Part shown: positions 13,808-27,223 of the stretch, one piece after another | Layout: the number at the start of each line of letters is the position of its first letter | Position numbering within the stretch: position 1 is the first letter of the stretch | Source of the DNA: Massalongia carnosa | Lineage: Eukaryota | Assembly (NCBI GenBank): GCA_965645245.1 | Contig: OZ287071.1 | Location: 1,488,001-1,552,000 of the forward strand | Direction of reading: 5' to 3' | Length of the DNA stretch: 64,000 nt | The notes under the pieces: model-generated | What the model saw: the letters and a program-made list of their open reading frames with translations, nothing else | Told to the model about the DNA's origin: nothing | Databases searched by the model: none | Program-made: the position numbers and the translations under genes

Positions 13808-14569
13808 ATGGCCCAGACGGGCTCCCAGCTTGTCAAACATGGCCAACATATCTTCTTCTATAACAACATCCGCACAAACCAAGTCGTTTACTCCTTGACT
13901 CGAGCACTAAATGTATAGTTCTTCCCCATTCTTCATGGCCCCTATCAAATCTGACTCCTTCTTTAAAATTAGAACCGCGCCGCTCTAAAACAACTCCCTT
14001 TCCTCGGCAAGAAAACTGTTCCCGCCTCCCTCCGCAAAGACCTTTGGCAACCCTTTGCCATGGTTGAATTCCCCTCCTCAGTTCAAGGCTTAGCAGCTTA
14101 CCGAAAGTTGCGCGAGTTCCGGCGCCTACACGAAACCAGCTATCCGCTCGAGATCATCACACAGACTGAAGGCAAACACAAGGGTCAACTGCTCAGCACC
14201 AAGAAGCGCAGTAAGGTGCTCATGAACCAGAAAGCGAACAGCGTTGCGGACCTGGCGGCCGTGTTGCAGCAGCAGGAGCGCGCGCCGACGGAGGAGGAGA
14301 TCGAGAGGAAGAAGCAAAGGCTGCGGTACGTGGAGAAGATGCGAAGGCAGAAGGGGCCAACAAAAGTTAAGGGCACGCCGGTGCTGGCAGAGGCATTAGC
14401 GGGGGTAGAAGGCGTGAGGGTAAGATGGGCGAATCTACTTGATGCAGAATTTGCAGAGACATGGCCAGCGGCAGTGGTGCACGATGGGTTGGAAAAGAGT
14501 CGATATATAGCGGCTTTTCCGCCTTGGCCAAAAGAAAATATGGGTGGAGGGATAGATGTAGGGACTTAG
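13808..14569 (+). CDS. MHR1: Mitochondrial ribosomal protein mL67 / Mhr1
   Basis: HGQHIFFYNNIRTNQVVYSLTRAL, one intron, then GKKTVPASLRKDLWQP, AYRKLREFRRLHE, LMNQKANSVADLA and WANLLDAEFAETWP. Confidence 0.9.
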
Positions 14570-14896
14570 CCTAGGATAAGGTGGTGTTAACTTAAGATGT
14601 AGTTCCAATGGACTCTTTAAGAGAAACTGTAGCTGTTTTGTTTGTAACAACTAATGAAAATCCTGGGCGCTCCTCAGGCTACGTCAAGAGGCATAGCTAA
14701 TTTTTACGAAACTCCATGTCAAATCTATACAAATCATTTACATAGCTCTCGTTGTGACTGAGAATGTGCTAAGGCCTCACCCATCTGATGCCACAATAGC
14801 GACTCTATCCTCATGAACACATGAGCAATGATCACCAATGAGTTCCTATACATTGCCCTGTGGTAACAGAAGACTAGAATCCAAACTGAGCGATTG

Positions 14897-17678
14897 CTAG
14901 ACGACGATGCGATCAAAGCTGTATTTGCCCACCATCTTACTCTTAAGTTTCCCAATGTCCCTGCGACTTCGTCCCATCAGCTCGCCGCCTGCGCCGACTT
15001 TCATCGTGGAGACCCGCTGAGCAGCTTTGAGACCCAAAGGTAACGCACTTCTCTCAATACCTGCACCATCAACCGGTAGGGAGTGGATATGTAGAGCCTT
15101 TTGATTCCCTCCAGAGGGAGGGTAATTCTTGACCTGAGGGGCTTCCGCGGTCTTCCTATAGAGAAGTATCTCCCCAAGCATGCCCATGAGATACGTAGCT
15201 TCTTCGATCCCTTCTAATGTTGCAGATATTTCTGCTTTCATATAAGCCAGTGTGTCCGCCATTTCCGTAAGGTCATCTGTAACGGATGCTCCAAGAATCC
15301 AACCTCCTGTGCCAATACTGTCAATTGCACAATTCAGAAGCTTTGCAATTATGCAGACTTGTCCATTATTGGGAAGATTCTCATGCAAAGACTCTATACC
15401 ATCCTCCACATAAGGCGACAGCCACCGACCTCGTGCTAACTCCATCCTCAATAAATCTACAAGGGAGCGCAATTCCGAAGCCAATAGCACGCTCTTGAGA
15501 GCTTGACATAAAATGAACGATGAAAAGGCGTTTAATCTAACCAGGATTGACTCCAGTAAGAGGCGTAAAAATCTGTTAGTTTCATGCATGGAATCTAGAG
15601 GCGTAGAGCTTATTGAGTTATCAACGTCCTCAAACTTCATTTTTTGATCGGATACATCCTCCTGTCGTACATCGTCAGTGGTTAAAAGCTTCGTGGTATT
15701 CAATAGCTCGGACGAGTTTGGGAGATCCATCAAATACTTTGTAGCATGGACAACTTCTCTTGCATCTAAAGGAACTGGACTTATGAGAATCGAATGGAGA
15801 GTTTTGAGCGAACTATCCCACTCAACTAGTGCTTGAGTATATGCACCGATTTTAAGGCATTCAGTTCCTCGGAAAACACCACGGGTTTTCAGCGATGCTT
15901 CGATGTAGTCAACAGATAAGAGACCATGATTAATTAACCAATGACAAAGACGGTCAGGAAACCAGGAGATTTTGAGTTTCCTATTAAGGCCTTTTTCCTC
16001 CCCCAAGGGTCGAATTCTGTCCATTAGAAAAATTTTGCTTAGCAAGTAATGAACCTTGCGCAGATCGGGTGGCTTTTCTGCTGCTGTATCAATGAATCGA
16101 TCAACCTCTGTTTTTGTTTGCGCCATTTGATCTTTCGTTTCTGAAATCTTCAATTCAGAGGCCATGATTGATTCGAACTCTTCAATCTTTTTATTTTTGA
16201 ATAAGCTATCTAGACTTGCTTTGGTACTATTCCAACCGTCCTTGTCGTGAGCATTTGGCAGTTGTGTTCCGAGTGTTTTGGATAAACCATGAAGGAGGCC
16301 AGAATTTTGTGAGTTTTCGCTGGTGAAGAATAGGCCTCTGCCAATGGAATCGATGAGCAACCCTTTTCGTTTCCTTTTTCGCGATCGATTTTCTTGTTCC
16401 ATTCCCGTTGAAATTTGTATTGCTAGAAGCTTCCGTCCGCAGAGCAGGATAACTAGATCCAGAGGAGAAAAATAAGAGAGAAGACGTGTGACTCTATTTT
16501 CGGCCATCGTATACCTATGCTTTGCTGCCGTATTTTGGTCTTTGGGTAGTTGATCTAATATCTGCTCGGCTTGAAGGGAATTATATTGCACATTGACGAT
16601 GGAGATAGTTTTCGAGGTGCTGATTGCGACCAATGCGGGTGAGAGGCGTAAGGAACTGACAAGACTATTGTTTCCCATCCGTAAGTGGTTGATAAGCTGC
16701 GGTGTGGTCCCAGATAGGTCATAAATTGCCAAAAAACTTGGAGTGTTCTGAAAAACAGTCCCGTTTGCGCCGTGCCAAGAATAATTGCATCGATCTATTT
16801 TATGTTCCTTTGGTTCGGGAAGAGTAAGCGAGATAAGATCCTTCAGGGGATGAAGATGATTCTCTGCTAATTCTATATGGAGTATCCGAAGGTATAGAAT
16901 ACTTTCGTGGCCGGAGGGAGCAGTGTCGTTTGAGAAGCGAGTTATGAGAACAAGCAAATGGGTATGCGGCGCGCTAATGTCGCTTCCAAGCATAGCCAAG
17001 ACGTCTTCGCGATTCTTCAAAAGTGATCGAGATGCCTGTTCTAGATTGAGAACCAGCGCGAATTCCACTTGCTCAGCCGGCTGCGAAATAACCTTCGCCT
17101 TCCAGTCCTCCGATTGTAAGTCTGGGGAAACAAACCGAACCTCACCATCTTGATGAACGACAAGAAGTCTGTGTTGCAAAGCAGATCCGTCATCGTCTAC
17201 AGACAGTGTCTCTAGATGGATTATTGGACTTGCTGAGTAATTAACATCAACAAAAGAGTGGTTGAACTGTCTCCCTACCAAAGATCCTACATTAGTGATT
17301 TCTAGAAAGCAATGGAGCCTTGGCTTAGGATCTGTAACAGCCAAATACGTGAAGCGTTGAGCAGGTTTGGCTCCTTGTGATCGAAACCGAATAGAACATG
17401 GGGGGCATGTAAAAACTGCTTCCGGCGAGACAGCATAAGATGTTACAAGCCTTGCCGAACGAATCTGTGAATGATTAAACTATCTTCCGATTTCTCAAGT
17501 AGGTGTTGCAGCTCACATCATAGATATTGACGCCCTCATTGTCTAGAGCTATAGCTAGCTCTGAGCGCTTCCTTTTTCTCCTACCTACCAACGCAAAGAC
17601 ATCTGCTGCTAAGATTCTCCCATTGGGGTTAATAGGGTTCCTTGGAAACTCAGCCAGCGTATAGGGCTCTTGAATCAT
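14897..17678 (-). CDS. UTP8: U3 snoRNP / t-UTP subunit Utp8-family protein
   Basis: N-terminal IQEPYTLAEFP...RKRSELAIALDNEGVNIYD, a long second exon (ORF 14897..17344), and C-terminal VGKYSFDRIVV, as in fungal Utp8 proteins. Confidence 0.75.
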
Positions 17679-17863
17679 TGTGGTAGTTCCATCTATTCCA
17701 GCACCAACAGCTGATCGAGGAGTTTCACGTTAACCATCCCCCATGGTAGGGAAAATAATGAAGTTAACTAGCTGTCATGCCCGTATGAAGCTCATCTTAG
17801 TGAAAGTGATCTGGAACGGATAATTAATCATCCGATATGAACTTGATGATTTAACGAATTATT

Positions 17864-17874
17864 ACGCGACGCGA
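17864..17874. promoter_or_regulatory. Tandem MCB-like (ACGCG) motifs in the UTP8/ELG1 divergent promoter
   Basis: ACGCGACGCGA about 250 bp upstream of the ELG1 ATG. MBF-type sites are typical of G1/S replication genes; function is inferred. Confidence 0.4.
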
Positions 17875-18122
17875 GTTGCGGGTGAATAGGCAATGAAGGT
17901 TATGACAGAAAGTGAAAGGCAGATGACAGCTGATGTCTTGCAAAGTACTTATCTCATCTCTTTCTTCTTTCTTTCTATATTTGTGCATCCTAAAACTAGC
18001 CTCGGAATCAGGAGACTACCGATGGCGGATAAGCCAGCAAAACTTTCTTAAAACCTCCATACTAGGATTCCTTGTGTAGCGGTTCGAGGCTGTCTTATGG
18101 CAAAACTGAAGTGCAAGAATAG

Positions 18123-21100
18123 ATGGCTGCTGCTGTGAGCCATGTGAGTATGGCCAATGAACACGGTCGAAATCTGTACTCTTTCTTCCCTTCAAGGAAT
18201 AGTAAGATGGATCATGCAATTTCCGCATTCAAATATAAAAAGCTAATTATCCCTCCAGGCCTCAGTCAAGGCTTAACCAAGACAGATGGGCCTACGGGCA
18301 GTAGGAAGCGCCAACGTACATCCTCGCCCAAGGGTGAACCTAACTCATCTATAGACGTGGGCACGATTACGTCTTCGAACGAGTGGGAAATCCAGCTTAG
18401 AACAGCAGCATATGGTCAGGATCAATTGGCAGAGAGCGAATCACAGCCCGGGCTCGCAATAGAGTTTATGGGAGATGTCAGTGCAACTGCTGTGGACAAA
18501 TATGCTGGTGGTGCCGGAACTGTTTACTACTTGCAGGAAGACGACGAGCTAAAGACAAGACTAGCTGGCCTGCGCTCTGAAACAGCCTCCAAATTTATGG
18601 ACGCTTTGAGGCCACCGCAAAAGATGCTGACCATCCGGTCCGATGGAAAGTTGCGATCTCCGAAACCTCAAAGCATTAATAGCAACCTTAATAGGAAACA
18701 GCGAAATAACAAAGCGGAGTCCAATATCAAGGAAAAGATTCTTATTCTAAGGTATGGCGCGACTGAAGAGTCCCGTTGTTTTACAGGCAGAAAAATTCAG
18801 GAAATCATCTCAAAAGTACCATTAGGTTCAATTCCCCATGCCAACGCAACTCAGTTTTTTTATAAGCCAGTAGTGCCTCCTAAAAATACGCATCCATTCT
18901 TCCTTGGTGCAAGCCACGGGAGTATCAAAACAGCACCTATACAGAATAACGTTTTAAAAGAAGCTATCAAAGAGAGTAATGCCCCAACTCAACGACAGGA
19001 AAGCAACAGTCCAGGAAAGCGAAAGCTCCCCAAATGCTCTTCCATCAATGAAAATGCGTGGTCCACCATGTCTGCGTTTGAGGGGAGACGGAGCGACCTT
19101 GAAAAATCACAAGTAACTCGATTTCCCGGAGTGATGGAACCGATATGGCCTCCAAGAGAGATGACCCACATTCGGCCTTCTGCCGAAAATATTGTCAGGT
19201 CGCACTTCAAATCCGAAACCTCCTGTATGCCATCTGAAAGGCGGAAAATGAAATACCCCAAAGTCCAGATAGCCGAGAAGGATGAGATTCTTCGTCCGTA
19301 TATTTACTTAGCATCTATGGAGAGGCATCTGGCCGAAACTGCTGCACAAAGTAGCACTCATACATTTAGGCGACCCCATCGAATGGTCATGACAGGCCTA
19401 CAAATGCAGAATGAGGTCAGGAAGAACATAGTCTCTAACCTCCCTCAAACCTCTAAGCCGAAAGAGGTAATTAAGAGGGAAGAAGATGAACTTAGTAGCT
19501 CACACAAATCCCCCCGGGCCATTCATGGTGCTCTAACACGTATATACAAGGACATCCCCGTCTCCCTCACAGCTTTTGACAAGTTTGAATGTGAGACACA
19601 GGATTGGGCTCATAAGTACGCACCACATCGTGCAGAGGAAGTATTACAGCCAGGTCGCGAAGCGCTAGTTTTAAGAGACTGGTTAAGAAGCCTTACTGTT
19701 TCCTCTGTTGAAAGTGGTGATGGTGATGCATTAAAAAGCAAAGACGCATCTTCTGGAAAGATTGATTGTAAATTTAAACACAAGAAGCGAAAGAGAGCAG
19801 AAGATCTGGATGGTTTTTTAATATCAAGTGATGAGGAACCAAACGAGATGGGTGAGCTTTTAAACTTTAGAGGTTACGAAGGAGGCTCAGACAAACATAC
19901 TTCATCTAAGAGGTCTGTTATCCGAACTGAAAATGGCTCTACGCATTCTATTCATGGCCAAAGATTTGCCAACGCAATTGTCATCAGCGGTCCTCATGGT
20001 TGCGGGAAAACGGCTGCAGTCTACGCCGCAGCCCAAGAGCTTGGCTTTGAAGTATTTGAAGTCAACGCCGGAAGCCGAAGAAGCGGGAAGGATGTCCTTG
20101 ATAAAGTTGGTGATATGTCTCGGAACCATCTAGTAAATCATGCGCATGAACGAGAGGAGATGCAAGGTATTGAGTTATTTGAGCCAAGTGAAGCGCTCAA
20201 GCAGGAGCTAGAATCTGGTCGACAGGCTACAGTGAACTCATTTTTCCTGCCTAAAGAAAAGACGAAGAAAAAACCAAGAGGTAGACCTCGAGGTGGAGGA
20301 AGTGGTCTGAGGATCCCAATGAAAACGAAAAAAGCGGCTCAAAGTCAAAAGCAATCATTGATCCTACTCGAAGAAGTCGATGTGCTTTTCGAAGAAGATA
20401 AGCAATTCTGGGCTACAATTCTGGACCTAACACTCACCTCAAAAAGACCCATAATCATGACTTGTACGGACGAAGATTTACTTCCACTCGATGAGATGCT
20501 TCTGCATGCTATCTTACGATTCACTGCTCCACCCCAAGAGCTTGCTGTAGATTATCTACTGCTGGTTGCTTGTAATGAAGGCCATTTGTTGTCACGTTCA
20601 GCAATCTCGCTTTTATGGCACTCTAAGAACTTCGACTTACGGGCTTCAATAATGGAACTTAATTTTTTCTGCCAAATGGCACTTGGAGACGTGAAAGGAG
20701 GACTGGGGTGGATGTTAATAAGATCATCTATAGAGGAGTCTCAGAGCAGAAAAGGCGAGATGCGCCGCGTCGTTAGCGTTGGCACCTATCATGACGGTAT
20801 GGGTTTGCTTGGGTACGAGCCGCAAGACTGCGATGCAGAGACCATCTTTAAAAACGGAACAGGCCTACTCTCACAGATTCGTGACTGTTGGGATACCGAC
20901 ATCAAAGACCCGCAGAGTTTCCACGTCGCGAACTCCCAAATCAACATCAAACCAGAATCAAAAGAAATTTCCTTGGAAGATTTGATAGCTCTCGACCAGG
21001 CTTTGGACGCTATGAGTGCTGGTGATACCTTTTCTGGTTCGGAGACATGGAATGGCAATAAGGTGAGCAGAAAACGTCGTTTCTTCGCATATCATGCTAA

Positions 21101-21823
21101 CTCGGGAAGTCGATGCTGGACACAACTTTGCCTAAGATTCCGGAGAAATCAAGAGCCAATTTCGTTGACGGTCCGATTTTACTCGAAGCGGATCCGTTGA
21201 TCGACCGGTCTGGTGTGGATAAGTCGCTTACCTTGGCATTAAGGATTTGCGCCGGACGGTTACTTTCAATACATGTTGACACCACATTTACACCATTGAA
21301 TCCCTATGCCCTAGTTGATCTGACATGTCGTATCAGCAAGGAGTACCACAGTAGTAAGCAGGTGACGCGGCTCAGTCTTTCTGCCGCGCTTAACCCGATA
21401 GCAAGGCCTTCAAAGTTATCTTTTAACTTACTAAAAGGACCATATATATCCTCATTTGACGGATCTACGTCTATCATTATTGAAGACCTCGCCCCCTATG
21501 TCCGGTCCATTGTCTCTTATGATCTAAGATTGGAGGAGCAGCGGCTTCGACTTGCAATGTTACTATCACAAGGTGCCAGGAACGGAAAACGGGTACGGAC
21601 CACTCGTGCAAGCCGAGCTGCGCTGGAAGGAGGAAACAAACAGCATACCCGAAGAGAAAGATGGTTTCCAGCAAACGTGGATTTTTCCATGATCTTGGAG
21701 TCAGGCGGGAAAGAGTGGCAGGACGTTCTATGGCAAAGCATTGGACAACAGCTTGGAGTTGCTCCGAGGGAAGGGAATTCTCGTAGTTCTTCGGTAGGAA
21801 GCTTAACAAGCAGCAGTTCTTGA
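18123..21823 (+). CDS. ELG1: Elg1/ATAD5 alternative RFC large subunit (PCNA unloader, AAA+)
   Basis: WAHKYAP; Walker A GPHGCGKT; GFEVFEVNAGSRRSGK; Walker B variant LILLEEVDVLFEED; SKRPIIMTC. One intron at ~21063-21109; second exon ends at 21823. Confidence 0.9.
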
Positions 21824-22695
21824 GTGTCATGGGGTTTATGTTGATGACATGTTGTCACTGACTCGGGATCAAGTCATATGGCGTTTAATATATATGCAAG
21901 GCTTAGCATAAGTAGATGGAGGACGTCTAGCATTCCATAGTGTTTCATAGGCACGGTTTTAACCTAGCATTGCTCGGTGAATGCTCGAGGCTTCGATTTG
22001 AGGGGTGATTTAACAAATAAAGTAATTCTTGGAAGGAAGGAAGCCATAGGTCCGATGTCTTAAAAGAACTGATGTGCCGCCTCGTCGTACGGGATTTTCT
22101 TCCTCTTTCGTCCAATTTTCTAGTTTCCTGTATACTTTTCGGCTGCAAGAATGTATTTCGTTCGAATCCGTCCATCCACTCACCCCTGGCAAATGGGTTT
22201 CCTTCTTATCTCGCTCCTGAATTTTTCGTTTCCTTCGTCCTGCACTATTTGCTCTGCAGTTCAGCAGTTCTACTCTTCTGCTTTCTTGTTCAGCTACGCT
22301 AAGCCTTGTCTACAGGCAAAGCGCATTCTTTGTGTCAAGCAGAATCGTTGATTCCGCCTTTAATTTTGCCTTGCGCAAAACAGAGCCCAAAGGCCGAGCC
22401 GTTTGTTAAAACATGGAATAGCATGATCCCAACCTAGATAAAATGTACTTTGGTTTTAAGGTTCATCTTCTCTTTGCCGCCTCTCAATCATCCCGTCCCA
22501 CAAATTTCTTAAATAGGTACGTATCTCAGTATCTTTAAATTCAAGGATATTTTCTCTTATAATCGGCACCTCACTCTTCTTAAATGGATGACGCGATCTT
22601 CTAGTAATTAGGGGTTTCGGATAGGACCTTGTCGTCCACCAGGGATTTCCAGATACCTGGATCAACGTCTTGAAACACATTTCTTTCGTTGCATT

Positions 22696-23490
22696 ATGCG
22701 TTCCTCCACAATGCTTTTTGCAGCTCTTTCTACGGCGATCGCCGCCCTCCCACAGGATTCACCCAACCAAGATACAAGCAGTAACCCATTCTTAGGCTTT
22801 ACGGTGCCAGAAATTCCAAGCATAAACGCCCCTGGCGCGTCTAATGCTGCCTGGTATGCCGACCCTAGCTTCGGTGCACCGGTCAATTTAGACTCCACGT
22901 CGTTCGCCGGCTCAGACCCTCTCATCGCACTCGCCTTTAACAGTATAGCTCCACAGACCGCCGACGCGACCGACCCCAACCAGCCAAACTCGGACCTGAG
23001 TGGATCCGCCGACGCAGAGAAAATCCTGGAAGCCGGCTGCTCGCCCAACACCATTTCAGCCCTCGGAACACTGCGGGCCCGCGACTCCACGACGATCTGT
23101 ACCCCGCCAAAGGCCGACGACGAGGTCGACGACACCTCCGCGTCGCAAGGCTCGCAGCGGAACCCCAACACTAACGCCCGCACCGGCTCCAACTCCGCCG
23201 ATTCCGTGTCAGAGGAGGACCAGAATTCGAAGCCCGACATACCGCCACAGGACGGCAAGAGCTGGGAATTATGCAGAGCAATCCCCACCTCCGACCGTTC
23301 GCGCAAGCTCCCCCTGTGCTGCAAAGGCGACCAGTACATTCGGCCCCAGACGCGCGTGCGGATCCTCGGCGAATGCGTCGTCTATTTCTCGAAGCGTCCA
23401 CGCTGTAGCGTCCCCACCAGACGGTACTGCTGCCTTGACATGGATGTGGATATCGGCGTGGATTGCGTGCAGATGCCTAGGATTTGGTGA
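22696..23490 (+). CDS. Secreted protein with low-complexity acidic N-region and C-terminal 8-Cys (hydrophobin-pattern) domain
   Basis: Signal-peptide-like MRSSTMLFAALSTAIAALP; intronless 264-aa ORF; C-terminal C-X14-CC-X17-C-X9-C-X7-CC-X10-C. Confidence 0.7.
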   Translation: MRSSTMLFAALSTAIAALPQDSPNQDTSSNPFLGFTVPEIPSINAPGASNAAWYADPSFGAPVNLDSTSFAGSDPLIALAFNSIAPQTADATDPNQPNSDLSGSADAEKILEAGCSPNTISALGTLRARDSTTICTPPKADDEVDDTSASQGSQRNPNTNARTGSNSADSVSEEDQNSKPDIPPQDGKSWELCRAIPTSDRSRKLPLCCKGDQYIRPQTRVRILGECVVYFSKRPRCSVPTRRYCCLDMDVDIGVDCVQMPRIW

Positions 23491-24138
23491 ATGAAAATGC
23501 GAAGACTGAGGGCTCCGGGTTGCTTGGAGGGGGAGACAATGGGGAGCATGAGCGCTCCGACCGTTTCCTTTGTTCGGTCTTCTTTTTATCATTTTTGTTG
23601 GTTCCGCTAACGCCGAATGGCGGCCTCGAACGCCTAGCTGTTCGGAAAATAAACCCCGCCCGAGGGGGTCTTCGAGACTTAATTCGAATTTTTGTTCTGT
23701 CTAGCTATTCGCTTATTCCCTACTTTCTTGGACCCTCGGTCTTCTCTCTGAACCCGTCTTCGGTTCCCTTCGGAAGGAAGAATTCAATACCTGGGCAGGT
23801 CTAGACAGTAGCGGGGAGTTTTTGATAAGAGGGGGGGGGGGGGAACAGGTGGACTGGGTTGGTCTGGAGAGTCGGAGGATGGAATGGGCGAGTGGGTTTT
23901 GTAACGTTGATGGGGTTGAGGCTTAGATAAAGTAGTCAGATAGTGTGGGAAATGACGAGATCAGAGACTGAGGTTGGGGTTGAACAAGCTTCTATGTTGT
24001 AACTGCTGCAAAAATTCCTAAACTTCGTGGCGGATATCAGATGTAGTTAATCAAATACGGACCCCCAAAAAATCAAAACTTGATGGATAAAGATAACAAA
24101 CGGCCCCCCAACGCAACCCACTCGTAATCGGCGCAATT

Positions 24139-26812
24139 TCATACTCTTTCATCTTCATCCAAATCCACAACCGGCAACTCGGCCATATGCACCTTTAAGC
24201 TCCCATACGGCCGCAACACCACCTCCACCCCGGACTCCTTGCAGACCCGCTTCCCATCCCCGTCAGCCAGCGGCACAGGCGCTGGCATGCCCCTTAGCAA
24301 CGGCCATTCCATCTCGCAGCCGCGGCCCGAAATATACGGCGGCGGCGCCCCAAGGGCGTAAATGGGAGACGTGAGCAGTTCTTCGGGACTAGAGTGGGGA
24401 GGGGCGGGGTGGAAGGTTAGGGTCGATGGATCGATGGCAATATTCCAGGGCCGGGTGTTGACGATACTGTAGTCATGGGCTTGCCATGGCTGGCTGGTCT
24501 CCGGGTGAATGCGAGCGGATGCAGAGTGGCGAGGGAGAGTGAGTTGGCCGACGTCGAGGGCATAAAGGAGAGCGCCGTGGTAGATGGCCACGGTGGCGTT
24601 GGCACGGGAAACGATGCGCATGGTGGGGGTTAGGGTGTAGGTGACTTTGTTGAGGCCCGCATGGAGGTGGAGGGCCATTAGTCCTGTATGGGGATCTGGA
24701 GTTGCAGGTTGCGGGGAGGCACCATCAAGAGTTATGGACGCAGAACTGGGGAGCTGCCACGCTGGGACGCGAAGGTGGAAGGTAAAGGCAGAGGAGGCAA
24801 AAATGGTGTAGCGGAGGGTGTTGCTGAAGGGGTAATTTGTTTTGCAGGACACGCGAACAGCAACGCCATTTTGCAAGGTTGTTATCGCAGTTGCGGGGCT
24901 CAGCAGCGCATGGGCGAGTCCGTTCTGGCCGACTTGGAGGAAGGAAGCGGAGAGGAATTTAGGAAGCCCTTGCGGCGTGTTGACGGTGCAGCAGGGGTAA
25001 TTGGTCGCTGGACATTACGAGGTGTAAGTCAGCAGAAGAAAATGTTTTTCGAACCTATTTCTTCAAGATTCTACGAAATGGGTTCTTTTTACCAGGCCCG
25101 TAGACCAAGCCCGCATCACCCACATTCCAGAATGCATTGGGGCCTTCTATGTTATGGCTAAAGGGCTGATTCGCCAGGCTAATGTATTGACGTGCCCAAT
25201 GATCGCTCGTGAACATGACGGGGAGGGCGTTGAAAGCTGCTAGCTCGCAGCGATCGGCGAAGTCATTGTCGCCTAGTACCTGGTAGAGGTAGGAGAGGGA
25301 GTACATAGCCTGCAAGATGGATAAGTACTGATTTAGGAGAATGTGTTATCGCGCTTACCTCAACAGCAGCACATAGCTCTGAGCTAGGCTGAAAGTCAGT
25401 AAACTCGTATCTAGCATTTAAACAGATATTTGATACCCTCGGTTAGGTGACAGGTTTGATTCTCTTTCATCACCAATAATACTTCCTGCAACATCTCCGT
25501 GATAAGTAAAGGTCCAGTTTACCCCGTTACGGGTGTTTTGCAGCAAACTCTCATCGGCATTGAATCTACTACGGCATGTAAGCGTTTTCGATATGCCAGG
25601 TCAATGCTTGTAGTAATTCACTAGATAGTAGCTCCTGATTTAAGGCCTGCCTTTTTCGTAAATAGCGCTGGCTAGAGATATTGCCATTCTGTATACACAT
25701 ACCTTGACCAGCATTGACACCGTGTACAAATGGAAAATCTGAATGGCTCGCTGTGATGGGGGGTTGAATGGCGTCGAGATCTGTGAATATAAACCTGCGC
25801 TCATCATAGTATTCTGCCCAGCTGAGACCTCTTGCTTTTAAGAGATGCATGGTTTCCAACAAGTCGTGCTGGTTTTTTCTTGGATGATGCTCATAAAGCC
25901 ACTGAAGGCATATAAGCATATCTGGATACCTGACTCGACCCCAAATCTCGTTAAACCCTATATTATCCAGCAACATATCATGCATGAGATCGATAAATTT
26001 GTACATTGCTACAATAACTTTGCTAGACAGTTCAGTATTCGTGTCAGCAAGCTGACAAAATCCAAGAAAAAGTGGAAAATGACCCCATATATCTCGGCTC
26101 CAAATTTCAGTCTCGGGACCTAGCCAGCCATCTGATTGTTGATGAGTAAGAATATAATCGGTCGCTTGATGTATCTGCGCCTTCAAACGAGTATCATCTA
26201 GACCGTAGGCTAACGGCACAAGACCATTGAGCCAATATGGCAAGCCTTCGTTCAAGCCGGAATACTCTGAACGGCCTCCGAGCCAAGGGGATTCACGGAC
26301 TATTTGATAGAAATCGAATTGATGGCCGGCCAACCCAGCGGCCATTAAATTCATTTGATCTGCTACCCACCCTTCGGGCTTGAGAGTGCCTAGGGGAAGC
26401 GGTTGAAGCATGAAAGGTACCACTGCAAGAATAGTCAGTTTGACATATGAAATACCTTGACATTCCACGTACAAGATGGGGTGGGTTGTGTGCCATCCGA
26501 AGGTGATGGTCCGGTAACTCGGTTCCTAAATGTAGAAGGGATTACGCTGCCTCTTGTGAGTTTGAAGGATAGTACATGGAAGGGCTTCCAAAGCTGCGAG
26601 AGAAGACATAAACCGAGGATTGATAGACTCCATTTTGCTGTCAGAGAGCTATTCCTCTTTTTGTTTCTGGCCTTCCCATCATTTTGTGATGAGTACAAAT
26701 CTGCCTGCGATCGAGAGCAGCAGGATTTTTGTTCGGCCTGGTCACCCCATGCTCTAGCGTCCTCGCTTTCAGAATCTTTCGAAGAGTTTTCTATAAAAGA
26801 AAACAAGGTCAT
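24139..26812 (-). CDS. GH127/GH146-like (DUF1680) glycoside hydrolase, putative beta-L-arabinofuranosidase, multi-exon
   Basis: PLPLGTLKPEGW, EGLPYWLNGLVPLAYGL, HGVNAGQG, ELCAAVE, ADRCELAAFNALP, YPCCTVNTPQG, FTFHLRVPAW, LRPYGSLKVHMAELP. A hydrophobic segment lies near the N-terminus. Confidence 0.8.
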
Positions 26813-27223
26813 ATTTATTGAACATTGGTATTCTGGCGCCAATGATCAAAACGTAAAAGCCAAGATCAAAGTCGATGATCGTGACGAGTGTAATTTATCA
26901 GAGAACTCGAAGCTACTCGAGATACTCCGTACTGGACAGATCTAAAGAAAAAATTGTTTGACGGGGTTGTCATCTGATGGTTAAATCTAGTCACGTGGTT
27001 TAGGTAGCCTGGATACGAGTACGAATCTCGCACAAGATAGGACGACCAGCTGTCTGCATGCGAGGCATGCAAGTTCATGCCCAAGCCAGGATCATCGGTA
27101 TTCCCATACTACAATTATCAGAAAAAGATAGATTGGGAATAGGTGTCAGCTCCTAAAGAAGGACCAAGAGCCCCATATTTACCCCTAATTCCTCCCAGAG
27201 GCCCACATCCTTGTTATATCCAA

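Noticed and set aside
21945..22680. Short minus-strand ORFs between ELG1 and the secreted-protein gene
   Set aside because: No recognisable motif or consistent exon structure.
22662..23339. 225-aa minus-strand ORF, and many similar overlapping ORFs throughout the window
   Set aside because: These are antisense or alternate-frame shadows of real genes in GC-rich coding DNA.
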